Assembly: GCA_963663405.2 (NCBI GenBank)
Contig: CAXXSM010000092.1
Coordinates: 1-64,000 of the forward strand
Origin: a bacterium
Lineage (GTDB): Bacteria > Hinthialibacterota > Hinthialibacteria > Hinthialibacterales > Hinthialibacteraceae
Reading direction: 5' to 3'
Length of the DNA stretch: 64,000 bases
In this document: positions 10,257-20,735 of the stretch, one piece after another
Layout of the letters: the number at the start of each line of letters is the position of its first letter
How positions within the stretch are numbered: position 1 is the stretch's first letter
Notes under the pieces: model-generated
Databases searched by the model: none
What the model was told of the DNA's origin: nothing
What the model saw: only the letters and a program-made list of their open reading frames with translations
Made by a program: the position numbers and the translations under genes

Positions 10257-10625
10257 ATGAACAAAAAAGATCTAGAGCGATTTGATAAAATATTGCGCAA
10301 AGAGCAAAACCGGGTCACCAAAGAAATGGAGACCCTGGAAAGCGCCAATAATTCCACCGAATGGAAAGGCAATTCCAACTACGGCATTCACATGGCGGAA
10401 GCGGGAAGCGAAGAAGAGGAACTGGAAAAAAACCTTTTCTTTTTGAGCCGCGAAGGTGATATTTTATCTCTCATAGACGAAGCCCTAAATAAAATCAAGA
10501 ACGGCGAATTTGGGATTTGTGAACAATGTGGAGGAATGATTCCCAAAGGACGCCTAATCGCGAAACCGTTCGCTAAATATTGCATCGATTGCCGGAAAGC
10601 GAAAGAACTTACTGGAACAAAATAA
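10257..10625 (+). CDS. TraR/DksA C4 zinc-finger protein
   Basis: IDEALNKIKNGEFGICEQCGGMIPKGRLIAKPFAKYCIDC; coiled-coil N-terminus. Confidence 0.9.
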   Translation: MNKKDLERFDKILRKEQNRVTKEMETLESANNSTEWKGNSNYGIHMAEAGSEEEELEKNLFFLSREGDILSLIDEALNKIKNGEFGICEQCGGMIPKGRLIAKPFAKYCIDCRKAKELTGTK

Positions 10626-10679
10626 CTTTCCAATTCAGTGGTGAAATATCAGGAAAGGCAGCTGTTTAGAATCATTCCC

Positions 10680-10708
10680 GGTGGGTCGATAAAGCGTGAC
10701 CCACCCTA
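10680..10708. repeat. REP-like GC hairpin
   Basis: ggtgggtc-gataaagcgt-gacccacc(cta) between the dksA-like gene and lspA. Confidence 0.4.
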
Positions 10709-10759
10709 TCACGACTCATTTTCATTTGTTCGTTTTGATCATAACCGACGGTGATATGT

Positions 10760-11374
10760 ATGGAGGCGCCAATCACTCCCCTACTCCCACAAAAGCATCC
10801 ACGTTTCACATCTGAAGACCTTCTTTGGATTTCCGGAATCGCTCTGATCGTTTTTATTCTTGATCTTCTCACTAAAATATGGGCGGTCTCGGCCCTGCGA
10901 AGCGCTCCTCCCATCGATATCATCCCTGGATTTCTCCGCCTCGCCTATGGAGAGAACACGGGCATCGCATTCGGACTTTTCCAAAACCAAGGATACATTC
11001 TTCACATTCTCACCCCCCTCGCGTTTATCGCCTTGATTGTCATCGTCTACAAACAATTCGCCCAAATGGAAATGGGACTTGTATACCGGTTGATTTTCGG
11101 TTTGCTCTTCGGCGGCGCGATGGGAAATATCTTGAACCGGTTATATTGCGGTTACGTCATCGACTTTATTGACGCGTATATCGGCTCCTATCAGTGGCCG
11201 ACGTTCAATCTCGCCGATTCCGCATTAACGGTGGGTGAAGTGATTTTAGTCTATCAATTACTATTCCGCCGGGAATTTTCAAGCGCGGTCCCTGAAACGG
11301 AGAACACGTCCACATCCCTCGAAACAAAGGCGCCCCCTCCCCAAGAAACACATAGCCATTCGCAATCAGAATGA
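10760..11374 (+). CDS. lspA: Lipoprotein signal peptidase II
   Basis: DLLTK, NTGIAFG, GGAMGN, VIDFI and WPTFNLAD motifs; downstream of ileS. Confidence 0.95.
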   Translation: MEAPITPLLPQKHPRFTSEDLLWISGIALIVFILDLLTKIWAVSALRSAPPIDIIPGFLRLAYGENTGIAFGLFQNQGYILHILTPLAFIALIVIVYKQFAQMEMGLVYRLIFGLLFGGAMGNILNRLYCGYVIDFIDAYIGSYQWPTFNLADSALTVGEVILVYQLLFRREFSSAVPETENTSTSLETKAPPPQETHSHSQSE

Positions 11375-11522
11375 TTCTATTCTCTTATGACAGGAATACG
11401 CCAAACACACTTCTTATTCCTTCCTCATCAAGATATAGTATGAACGGTCAATCATTCCGCAGGCGCTATTTGACCTGTGGCGTTCACAGAATGGCAAATC
11501 CCAAACGGATTATCCAATCACT

Positions 11523-12326
11523 ATGTATCCAATCTTAATTGATATCAATGGATTTCAAATCACAACCTATGGTTTGATGGTCGCGATCGCGTTCGCCACT
11601 CTTTGGTTATGTGTGGTTTCCCGCGGTCAGAAACTGGGTTATTCCCAAGAATTCCTTCAGAACCTGATTACCCTGAACGTCATCGCGGCGTTTGTCTTCG
11701 CGCGTCTACTTTACATTATCACCGTGTGGGATGAATTTACACACAATCCTTGGAGCATCATTTTTTCACGGGATGGATACGTTTTTTACGGTGGTTTCAT
11801 TGGAGCGATCCTCATTTTAATTTGGTATACGCGCCGCCGGAAACTGAGTGTGGCAGGGATCTTGGATCTCTTCGCCCCCTTTGTGGCGCTCGCGCAGGGG
11901 ATCGGACGGATCGGTTGTTTTCTGTTTGGCTGTTGTTATGGCGCGGAATGTCATTTGCCGTGGGCGGTTCAATTCCCAGAAGGCTCCCCCGCGTCGTATC
12001 ATTTTGGCGTTGATCACTGGGTTCATCCCTCACAAATCTATCATTCCCTCTTCAATTTCATTCATTTCGGGATTTTGATCGCGATACGAAAACGGCAGAC
12101 TTTTCGCGGACAGATCGCAGCGTCGTATTTTATGATTTACAGTGTAGGACGTTTTTTGATTGAATTTACTCGCGGGGATTACCGAGGATTCTTAGGGCCG
12201 TTTTCCACCTCGCAGATCATTTCCTTCCTGATCTTCACTGGCGGATTAATTTTATACATCCAACTGCGCCGCGCCGCCCTTTCTCCAGAAACAATTCAAG
12301 ATCCGGCGCCGACTGAAGCGGAATAA
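11523..12326 (+). CDS. lgt: Prolipoprotein diacylglyceryl transferase
   Basis: MYPIL, YGLMVA, ARLLY, FYGG, GRIGCFLFGCCYG, HPSQIY, RFLIEFTRGD. Confidence 0.95.
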   Translation: MYPILIDINGFQITTYGLMVAIAFATLWLCVVSRGQKLGYSQEFLQNLITLNVIAAFVFARLLYIITVWDEFTHNPWSIIFSRDGYVFYGGFIGAILILIWYTRRRKLSVAGILDLFAPFVALAQGIGRIGCFLFGCCYGAECHLPWAVQFPEGSPASYHFGVDHWVHPSQIYHSLFNFIHFGILIAIRKRQTFRGQIAASYFMIYSVGRFLIEFTRGDYRGFLGPFSTSQIISFLIFTGGLILYIQLRRAALSPETIQDPAPTEAE

Positions 12327-12340
12327 TAGAACACGGATAA

Positions 12341-15300
12341 TTAATCCACCTTCGGCGTGAACGCAATCGACAGTTGCATCGGATACGCGCACGTGCAGCC
12401 GGAACTAGACTCCGGCAGAAGAATCAGTCCCCCCGCCGGGATGATATTAATCCAACAGCCGGGACGGTTGACCAAGGTTAATGGCGATCCGTTCTCATTT
12501 CCTTCATGAATTTCATACATGCGCGGATTGCCGCCGCGTCCAAAGAGATACGACGCGCAGGCGGACAAACCCCCACATCCGTGCCCTCCTCGGTCCAATT
12601 GATACGTCCCTTTTTCACCGGTAAACAGATCGTATTCATAGGGCCGGGAAATGATTTTCGATCCGATAATCACCGGATGCTGCCATTGTTCACCGTGGGA
12701 GCCGCCGATCTGTTGTCCGATATAGTTCGTTTTCCATTTAAATTGTCCCGTTTCGGATTCAAACGCGAACAAACCATAGCGCACATTTTTATCCACGTTA
12801 TACGTTCCCACAGTAAGCAAGGTCTTTTCCGCGTAGCTCAAGAACATGATATGTTCGAAGGGAAAGTGATAGGGCTGTTCCCAAAGTTTATTCCCGCTTT
12901 TCAGATCCAGCGCGACCAGATAAGTCTCCCCCCCGCAAAACTGATGAGCGGATATACGGCCATCTTGATCGTTCATAGTGGTCTCGTTGCGGCTTTCGAC
13001 GCAGTAGATCCGGCCATCCCCAATAGCGATCGTATTATTGAAGATGGCGCCATTTTGGTAGGTCCAGAGAAGGTCTCCCGTATGCCGGTTCATGGAGAAA
13101 AGAGAATCACAGAAAATCATCTCCCGGAAATCGCCTTCTAGGATATCACAAGTCTCTTCGCTGTTCTCATAAAACGACGCGCCGATCTTCGTCGCGCTGC
13201 CAAAGAGCTGGTCATCAACGATCGCGACATATCCCCAATCCCGTTCGGAGCCTTTTAGTTCTTGTGGAACGTACACAGTCATCGCCGTGGAGCCATCTTC
13301 CACTTTTACCGCCTGGCATTTATTTTCCGACGCGATATACAGATACTCCTCCGTAGCGACGAAATATCCACAGTCTTTTAGAACTCCTATACGCCGGGAA
13401 TAAGGAACGCTTTTTTCCCAGAGGAACGCGCCATTATAGGCGTCAGTGGCGATGATACGATCATCCCCGGATACAAACAGCCGCCCGTTCTTGTACAATG
13501 GAGACATCGGACGATGATGCCGGTCGACGATGTTCCGGGGACCCGGTTGCCCGTACCATTGAATCCCGGCAGGCCCTTGAAACAAATCCATGCTGCACGC
13601 GGAATTCCCCGGTTCAGCGTAAAGATGCGTCCATTCTCCACTGCCGGGGATAGGACCACGTTTGATTACCGCCCAAGCGCCATCCTCCTCGATCACATCC
13701 CCTTCCACGTTCGAACAGGTGAGCCATGCTTTAAGATCAGCGGGCGCGGTTTCAGTGGCTTCCGCCTGCCCCAAATAAGCGATCCCACCGCAAGGTCTCA
13801 ATACCCGGTATACTTCCTCCGCGCTGGTGGGGCAGGAGCCGGATATTCGTCCGGAGACAATCGCATTGGCGAAATAATTCACATAGGGAAGAACTTCGAG
13901 AGAACCGTGGTGGACACTCACCCGCGTCCCATACAGACCAAGCCGGTCAAGATTTTTTCGACAGGCGGCCACGTTGAGTGGATCGTCTTCTAAAACAATG
14001 ACTCGTAAATCCGTGCGTTTCGCCAATTCATAAGCGAGACGCCCTTCCTCATCGCCGAGGACAAGGCAATAACCTTTCTGGACCGAACGTCCAATGCGTT
14101 CCGCCATCCGCGCTTGGATAGAGGAACCGGAACCTTCCGAGAAAGGATTTGGACCGGTATAGGAACCAGTATACCCTCTCCGTTTCAAATTGCCTTCGCT
14201 GAAGCAATAGATCAAACCATGATCCGTGCTGACAAACAAGTTCCCATTCGCAACCGATAAACCATAGGCGCGGCCCGTAACCGCCTTATTCCAAATTTCA
14301 ACGCCATCGCGGGTCCGGAACGCGGCCACCATATTTTCTCCCCCCGCGAAGAGCGTGTCTCCCGCCAGAATCAGCGCATAAGGGAACGAACTGGACTTTC
14401 TCCAGAGGAAACAGTCTTTCATGTCATTTGCGGTCTCGATCAGGTTCTTTTTGACGCTTTCTAATTGATCAACGAGCTGTTTCCGTTCTTCATCGTCATC
14501 GGCGTTTAATCTCCTGAGCCGCTTTTCAATATTGCCTCGTGTTTGAGTTAACTGATTCTGTAACTGGGCGGATTCAACATAGCGGTCCCGGTCCAAAGCG
14601 ATAAGTTCCGTTTCGGTCAACATATAGGACACACCGCGATGAACGATCATACGCAATCCATCAAACGAAGCGATCTGCTCTTTAGTGTTCGCGTTCGAAA
14701 GCCCCAAAGCGCCTGTGGTCCGGCCGGGACCGTTCAAAAGGGTGTCTTCCGTTAAAAGGGCGTAGGCGCCCCCCTGACCGCTGAAATTCCCAACATGATT
14801 CCCGGAGGAACGGTCAATGATAGCGGGAGTGGTTCTTCCTGTAGGAACAAACAACCGGTTCGCCGAAGCGAGCATATAGCCTTGGGGAGAAATTCCATTG
14901 ATTTGTTCATTCCATATGACAGCCCCATCGTCCGCACTGAGGGCGCATCGATAGACGCCCTGCGTGGGGAAATGACCGCCGAAACAATAGAGAACGCCAT
15001 TGTCCACAAGAACGCCGCTGCGGATCGGCCAGAGAGAGATCATTCTTCCATTCCCCGGCAGCCGGTGATCTTTCGGTCCGGGCCGGTGTTTCCAGACCAG
15101 TGAACCGTTCTTGACTCGGAGGCAATATACCCACCCATCATCCGAACAGGCATATACATTTCCTTCGGAGAATGTAGGAGCGAAACGGACCGGGCCTTCT
15201 GTAAAGAATGTCCAGCGGATCGCGCCCGTCTCCGCATCCAGGCAATAGATTTTGTCATCCGCAGTTGAGCCGAAACAAACCGCGCCATCAGCGGATGTGA

Positions 15301-15616
15301 CATGAAACGCGCGGTCAAACGTGTTCAACGGCCTCAATTTTCGGATCTTATGCCAATAATCCCGCTTCGCGGGCGCAGGCCAAGCGGGACATGGCTCGTG
15401 AATCGAGCGGTATACCCAATTATCTTTCAGGGGAAGAGACAAGGATTCTTCCGTGATCCCGCTCCGGGCGTTGTCATGAAGATACGTCGGCCAATCCAAC
15501 CCAAAGGCGAGTCCATGACAGAAGAATACGCTTAAAAGGAAACCAGCATAAAATGAAAATCGTGTTGAATACATTTGTCTCATAATATTTATCCGATATG
15601 TAATACTATTTTCCAT
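12341..15616 (-). CDS. Secreted PQQ-like double beta-propeller protein with central SAM-methyltransferase-like domain
   Basis: Signal peptide then DWPTYLHDNARSG; PQQ-type repeats; GYCLVLG..EVYRVLRPCGG; second unit GEWTHLY; C-terminal RPGCWIN..SGCTC. Confidence 0.8.
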   Translation of the reverse strand: MENSITYRINIMRQMYSTRFSFYAGFLLSVFFCHGLAFGLDWPTYLHDNARSGITEESLSLPLKDNWVYRSIHEPCPAWPAPAKRDYWHKIRKLRPLNTFDRAFHVTSADGAVCFGSTADDKIYCLDAETGAIRWTFFTEGPVRFAPTFSEGNVYACSDDGWVYCLRVKNGSLVWKHRPGPKDHRLPGNGRMISLWPIRSGVLVDNGVLYCFGGHFPTQGVYRCALSADDGAVIWNEQINGISPQGYMLASANRLFVPTGRTTPAIIDRSSGNHVGNFSGQGGAYALLTEDTLLNGPGRTTGALGLSNANTKEQIASFDGLRMIVHRGVSYMLTETELIALDRDRYVESAQLQNQLTQTRGNIEKRLRRLNADDDEERKQLVDQLESVKKNLIETANDMKDCFLWRKSSSFPYALILAGDTLFAGGENMVAAFRTRDGVEIWNKAVTGRAYGLSVANGNLFVSTDHGLIYCFSEGNLKRRGYTGSYTGPNPFSEGSGSSIQARMAERIGRSVQKGYCLVLGDEEGRLAYELAKRTDLRVIVLEDDPLNVAACRKNLDRLGLYGTRVSVHHGSLEVLPYVNYFANAIVSGRISGSCPTSAEEVYRVLRPCGGIAYLGQAEATETAPADLKAWLTCSNVEGDVIEEDGAWAVIKRGPIPGSGEWTHLYAEPGNSACSMDLFQGPAGIQWYGQPGPRNIVDRHHRPMSPLYKNGRLFVSGDDRIIATDAYNGAFLWEKSVPYSRRIGVLKDCGYFVATEEYLYIASENKCQAVKVEDGSTAMTVYVPQELKGSERDWGYVAIVDDQLFGSATKIGASFYENSEETCDILEGDFREMIFCDSLFSMNRHTGDLLWTYQNGAIFNNTIAIGDGRIYCVESRNETTMNDQDGRISAHQFCGGETYLVALDLKSGNKLWEQPYHFPFEHIMFLSYAEKTLLTVGTYNVDKNVRYGLFAFESETGQFKWKTNYIGQQIGGSHGEQWQHPVIIGSKIISRPYEYDLFTGEKGTYQLDRGGHGCGGLSACASYLFGRGGNPRMYEIHEGNENGSPLTLVNRPGCWINIIPAGGLILLPESSSGCTCAYPMQLSIAFTPKVD

Positions 15617-15838
15617 AACAAATTATCTCCACCTCAAACTATTACAATTCTTCCAACCATTTGCCGTTAAACTTAAAATTCTTGAATACAAAACCACATT
15701 AATTTAATGTTTTTGCATTAAGATATGATAAGTCATAAATATTATTAGCGCATACAACCCAGAATAATAGAGATTCTGCAAACAAAAAGCGCATTTAGTA
15801 TATTCTATCTTATCGAAAAATCCATAATGGAGTGAAGG

Positions 15839-18800
15839 ATGAATTGGCTGAATCCAGTTTTGAATAGATATCGAATCGCTCGTTCTATCCAACGATTCGT
15901 CACGATTACGTTGTTGATAATTTACTGTCAATACGCGTATGCGTATGATCCAATCATATCATTATTGGAATCCGCAGGTCAGCCTCAACAGAGCGTTTCA
16001 AAAGCAAAAACAAGCGTGAAACGGGATCATGTTCCGAAAAGAATTCTTCCTTTCACAATCAACACACCTGCGAGTAATGACACAATCACCTGCGGTGATC
16101 AGATTCAAGGAACTTTGGATGAGAACGATCCAGATCTTTTTGGAAATGGCACTTACACCGACTTATACACCTTCTCCCTGACCCAATTCGCTCTTGTCGA
16201 ACTATCGCTGACTACCGATCGTTTTACTCCTTACCTTTGGATTGGCCGGGTTGGTGAATCAACCAGCGTTTTTGAGGGATATTCGCCCCAATATAAAATA
16301 TTGGAGCCGGGAGACTATCTTGTTATTGCAAACAATGAAAGCCCCCTTCCCGCTGGTTCTTACGGCTACACACTCACCCTGCGCTGCACATCGGTTCAAC
16401 CGATTGAATTCGGCCAAACGATCCAAGACACAATTGATAATAATGATTATGATTTAGGGGATGGACGGCGATACGACGCCTACAGTGTTTCAACAGAAAG
16501 CAATATGAGCGTCAACATCAACATGACCAGCGGATCAATCACCCCCTATCTGATCGTCCTCAATATACGAACATACGAACTGATCTTCGAAGGTCCCACT
16601 CCACAAACAGGCGTTCTCTTTCCTGGTGATTACCTCATTCTCGCGACATCTCAAAACGCCCCGCCGGATAGTCAGTTACTCGAAGGAATTCCTTATGAAA
16701 TCACATTATCAAAAACCTATCAGCGGGAACTGCTCGTTCCTCTGCAAGTGTATGGAGAAGGCCGCTGTTCGGCGATCGCCTGTTCCCCAATGGGGAGAGT
16801 GATTCTTTCGGGCAGCGTATCCGGGTGGGGGATTCTTTGGAATGTCGAAACCGGAACCATTGTCCGTCGATTCATAGGGCATAAACAATCCATCTCATCG
16901 GCTGTATTCTCCCCAAACGGAACGCAAGTTCTGACGGGCAGTTTGGATACAACAGCGAGACTGTGGGATACAGAAACCGGCGGCTTGATCCGCATCTTTT
17001 CAGGACATACGGGGGAAATCAATGCAACAGTGTTCTCTCCCAATGGCTCCCAGGCGTTGACAGGGAGTTCTGATGGAACCGCTATTCTATGGAATATCAA
17101 CACCGGCGAGAAAATCCATACACTCACAGGTCATTCGGATATTATTTACTCCGCAGCGTTTTCCCCCGATGGCGCGATGGCGTTAACGGGAAGCGCCGAT
17201 CGAACCGCCATCTTATGGGATGTGGAAACCGGCGCCAAGCTATACACGTTCCCCGAACACGCTGATGAAGTGTGGCATGTTGAATTTTCAAGAGATGGAA
17301 GCCGGATTCTAACAGGCAATTTAGAAGCGGATCCAAGCGATCCCAATCGAACCACCACCACTATATGGGACGCAAAAACGGGAGCAAAGATACATTCGCT
17401 TTCCATACCCTACATCTGGGCGTGGGCGCTGGCGCCGGATGGAGAAAAAGTAGTAACAGGGAGCGCGGATGGAACGGCGCAACTCTGGGACGCTGAAACT
17501 GGCGATCGTATTCTTACATTCACCGGTCACACAGAAAAAGTCGACCGTGTGACCTATTCCACCGATGGCCGCTATATCGTAACAGGAAGTTTAGATGACA
17601 CAATCAAACTCTGGGACGGAGAGACAGGGAATGAGATTTCAACGTTTTACGGTCATACAGACATTGTCAACTCCGTCGCGTTCTCACCGGACGGCTCAAA
17701 AGTATTAACAGGCTATTTCAATAATAACACTGCTAAAATGTGGGATACGGAAACCGGCGTTGAATTACAGACATTCGCCGGACATACCGGCTTCGTCAAT
17801 TCCGCCGCGTTCTCACCCGATGGTCAATACGTTTTAACAGGAAGTTCAGACACCACCGCAAAACTGTGGAATGCGGAAACAAGCGAACTGATCTACACTT
17901 TGACCGGCCATTCCGCCATTATCAACGCCGTGGCCTTCTCCCCCGATGGCTCGATGTTCGCCACCGCCAGCGACGATCAGACTGTGAGGCTGTGGAACAC
18001 ATCGACTGGCAAAGAAATCCACATATTCACAGGCCATACCGGTTATATCATGTCCGTCGCGTTCTCACCGGATGGAAAACAATTAGTCTCCGGCGCTTGG
18101 GACGGAACCGCTCGATTATGGAATGTGGATACTGGTAATGAAATCCGTTCCTTCATTGGTCATAGGGATTTCATTAATTCCGTCGCCTTTTCCCCGGATG
18201 GAAGGCAAATCTTAACAGGCAGTATGGATCTCACGGCGAAACTCTGGAACGCCGGAACTGGGGATGTAATTCTGACACTTGCGGGACATTTTGGATTCGT
18301 CAATTCCGTCACGTTCTCTCCGGATGGAAAAATCGCGTTAACGGGAAGCAACGACGAAACAGCGAAACTCTGGGATTTAGAAACCGGAAGCGAAATCCTA
18401 ACCATCACTGGACATACAAGGACCGTCAACGCCGTGGCGTTTTCACCCGATGGCCGGAGAGTGCTATTAGGAGGGCGGGATGGAAGCGCAAGTCTCTGGG
18501 AACTCGACGCCCCGCGTGTGATTATCGTAGCCGGGCGCAACAATGATCCGAACGATGTTTTAGTTGAATCGACGCAAGCGCTTGCCGAATACGCCTACTC
18601 AATCTGCCTCGCGCGCGGGTACGAGAAAGAGGATATCCACTGGCTCTCCTCCTTCCCCAATGAACAAGACGCGGACGGGGACGGCGTCAACGACATCTAC
18701 GATCTTGCGACAAAAGACAACCTTTATGAGGCGCTCACCCAATGGGGAGCCGGAGACTTAATCTCCCCCGGCCGGCGCCTACTCCTCTACTCTATCGACC

Positions 18801-20695
18801 ACGGCTATCCCATCGAGAATGAAATGGGGGAACCGGACGTCTATTTTCGCGTCAACGAACGGGAGACGGTCTCCTCTAAGGAACTCGATTCATGGCTTGA
18901 TGCGCTCAACACAGACGATCTCCACATCGATGTCACCCTCGTCGTTGAATCCTGTTACTCCGGCGGTTTCGTCAACAATTGCCTGCCTCCTCCGGGTCAC
19001 AAACGCCTCGTTATCTCCAGCGCGGGCGCCGACACCGAAGCGCTCATCATGCCCCCGCCCGACCTGACGTCATTCAGTTATCTTTTCTGGGGAGCGGCGT
19101 ACATGGGCGCGACGATTAGAGACGCCGCGGGCGTGGCCGACGGCTTCTTCGACACGTTCACGATCTCACACCAACACCCCCAGATGGACGACACAGGCGA
19201 TGGTCTATATACAGAAGATGACGGCAAAGCGATGGGCAAGAATCATTTCGGCCGCAGCTGGGCCTACGCCGGACACGGGACGGGGGAATTCCCCGCTTTC
19301 GCCTCAGTTTCCCCACCGGAAACACCATTTACAACGATTCTACCCGGCGAATCGATCGAGTTGACGGCATTCATCGTGCCCGGTTCCGAGCCGCTCCACG
19401 TCTGGGCGGTAGCGCGTCCTCCCGCGCCTCCGGTCATCGCGGGTATTCCCATCTCCGCCAGCGAGAGCCTGCGACATATCAATTTAATTCAGGATACAAA
19501 TGATCCCAGCCGTTGGTCAGCGGTGTTGGACGGTCTTGACGAAGAAGGCCTCTACCTCGTCAGTTTCACCGCCCAGTTCCCCTACAACCGCCTTTCCCGC
19601 GCCGAGGTCACCCGCTTTCAAGTCAGCGCTGAATCCAATCCCGAAGAAACTCTAGACGTACGCGCGTTATTGGCAGCGGGCAGCGGTGAACAACGGGCGT
19701 TCGCGCAAGAGATGGTGACCTACGCAGTGAAGGTGTGTCAAAAACGTGGGTATAAGGACACTTCGATCCGCGCGCTGGGCCGTGATTTCCCTACGACAGA
19801 GCAAACCTTCTTTGATTCACTCAACGAATTCGCCGCCCCATCCTCAACCGGGCAGAAACTGCGTTTGTTTATCTACTTGACAGGCGATTGCACACCCGAT
19901 GGCGCATTCGAACTCGGCGCCGGAGAGAGTGTTCTCGCGTCCACACTGATGACCAGGTTAAACGAGTTGCAGGCCGGCTATCCGGAGTTGGAGATTCTCT
20001 TAGTAGTGGACACGCCCTATGCGGGTGTGTTCGTAGAAGCGAACGCGGGCACCCCGGAGGGGCGGCGCGTGACGATCGCTGGCACAGCAGCGGACGGGCA
20101 AGGCGTATTCGGCGCGGGTGGAGCGGATATCTCATTCAGCCGATATTTTTTGGGAAACGCCTATCAGGGCAAGGATGTATGGTCGTCGTTCGAAGGAGCG
20201 TACTATCTGCTGGTGGATCACATCGGCGCGCCAGAGCCAGCGCTGGATGACAATGGGGACGGAGCCCGAACAAAGCAGGACAAAAAACTGGCGCGCGCGT
20301 GGTACTTAGGCCGCAGGGGCGCATTGGCGGGAGGAGACGCGGCGGCTCTGCCTACGATCCTCGAAGTGAAAGCATTTGATGAACCACTATCGGTGGATTT
20401 CGTCATTTGGGCTGAATTGCTCGAAGCGGCGGTTCCGGATCGAGTATGGGTGACGATCCTGCCCCGGAATCCAGAAGAACTGGGAACACAGGAGACGATA
20501 GAGATCGATCTATTCCGGAATGGAACGAACTGGAATTGGATGGGATTTATCCCTCTATCGAGTTTTTCGAAATCTGGTGATTATACACTAACATACTACG
20601 CCTCCTACTCCAGCGCCCGTCTTTCCGAACCACTGATTCAAACTGTTACCATTCTCAAATCCAATGTTCCCGTACACACATGGCAATGGTATTAA
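15839..20695 (+). CDS. Large secreted protein: 2 PPC-like domains, 14 WD40 repeats, C13-like protease domain plus an inactive second copy
   Basis: Signal-like N-terminus; repeated GH..V.SVAFSPDG..LTGS.D.TA.LW; YSIDHG and VESCYSG catalytic motifs; C-terminus PVHTWQWY. Confidence 0.85.
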   Translation: MNWLNPVLNRYRIARSIQRFVTITLLIIYCQYAYAYDPIISLLESAGQPQQSVSKAKTSVKRDHVPKRILPFTINTPASNDTITCGDQIQGTLDENDPDLFGNGTYTDLYTFSLTQFALVELSLTTDRFTPYLWIGRVGESTSVFEGYSPQYKILEPGDYLVIANNESPLPAGSYGYTLTLRCTSVQPIEFGQTIQDTIDNNDYDLGDGRRYDAYSVSTESNMSVNINMTSGSITPYLIVLNIRTYELIFEGPTPQTGVLFPGDYLILATSQNAPPDSQLLEGIPYEITLSKTYQRELLVPLQVYGEGRCSAIACSPMGRVILSGSVSGWGILWNVETGTIVRRFIGHKQSISSAVFSPNGTQVLTGSLDTTARLWDTETGGLIRIFSGHTGEINATVFSPNGSQALTGSSDGTAILWNINTGEKIHTLTGHSDIIYSAAFSPDGAMALTGSADRTAILWDVETGAKLYTFPEHADEVWHVEFSRDGSRILTGNLEADPSDPNRTTTTIWDAKTGAKIHSLSIPYIWAWALAPDGEKVVTGSADGTAQLWDAETGDRILTFTGHTEKVDRVTYSTDGRYIVTGSLDDTIKLWDGETGNEISTFYGHTDIVNSVAFSPDGSKVLTGYFNNNTAKMWDTETGVELQTFAGHTGFVNSAAFSPDGQYVLTGSSDTTAKLWNAETSELIYTLTGHSAIINAVAFSPDGSMFATASDDQTVRLWNTSTGKEIHIFTGHTGYIMSVAFSPDGKQLVSGAWDGTARLWNVDTGNEIRSFIGHRDFINSVAFSPDGRQILTGSMDLTAKLWNAGTGDVILTLAGHFGFVNSVTFSPDGKIALTGSNDETAKLWDLETGSEILTITGHTRTVNAVAFSPDGRRVLLGGRDGSASLWELDAPRVIIVAGRNNDPNDVLVESTQALAEYAYSICLARGYEKEDIHWLSSFPNEQDADGDGVNDIYDLATKDNLYEALTQWGAGDLISPGRRLLLYSIDHGYPIENEMGEPDVYFRVNERETVSSKELDSWLDALNTDDLHIDVTLVVESCYSGGFVNNCLPPPGHKRLVISSAGADTEALIMPPPDLTSFSYLFWGAAYMGATIRDAAGVADGFFDTFTISHQHPQMDDTGDGLYTEDDGKAMGKNHFGRSWAYAGHGTGEFPAFASVSPPETPFTTILPGESIELTAFIVPGSEPLHVWAVARPPAPPVIAGIPISASESLRHINLIQDTNDPSRWSAVLDGLDEEGLYLVSFTAQFPYNRLSRAEVTRFQVSAESNPEETLDVRALLAAGSGEQRAFAQEMVTYAVKVCQKRGYKDTSIRALGRDFPTTEQTFFDSLNEFAAPSSTGQKLRLFIYLTGDCTPDGAFELGAGESVLASTLMTRLNELQAGYPELEILLVVDTPYAGVFVEANAGTPEGRRVTIAGTAADGQGVFGAGGADISFSRYFLGNAYQGKDVWSSFEGAYYLLVDHIGAPEPALDDNGDGARTKQDKKLARAWYLGRRGALAGGDAAALPTILEVKAFDEPLSVDFVIWAELLEAAVPDRVWVTILPRNPEELGTQETIEIDLFRNGTNWNWMGFIPLSSFSKSGDYTLTYYASYSSARLSEPLIQTVTILKSNVPVHTWQWY
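16745..18505 (+). repeat. 14 tandem WD40 repeats (about 126 bp unit; two 7-bladed propellers)
   Basis: 14 repeats counted in the translation; recurrent DNA such as ttctcaccgga and aaactctggga. Confidence 0.85.
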
Positions 20696-20735
20696 TATAT
20701 ATACAGAAACAACTATGCCAATAAGGAAAAAGATC

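Noticed and set aside
16745-18505. Periodic DNA repeats resembling a CRISPR array or DGR template/variable repeats
   Set aside because: They are in-frame degenerate WD40 units, with no constant repeat-spacer pattern and no cas or reverse transcriptase gene.
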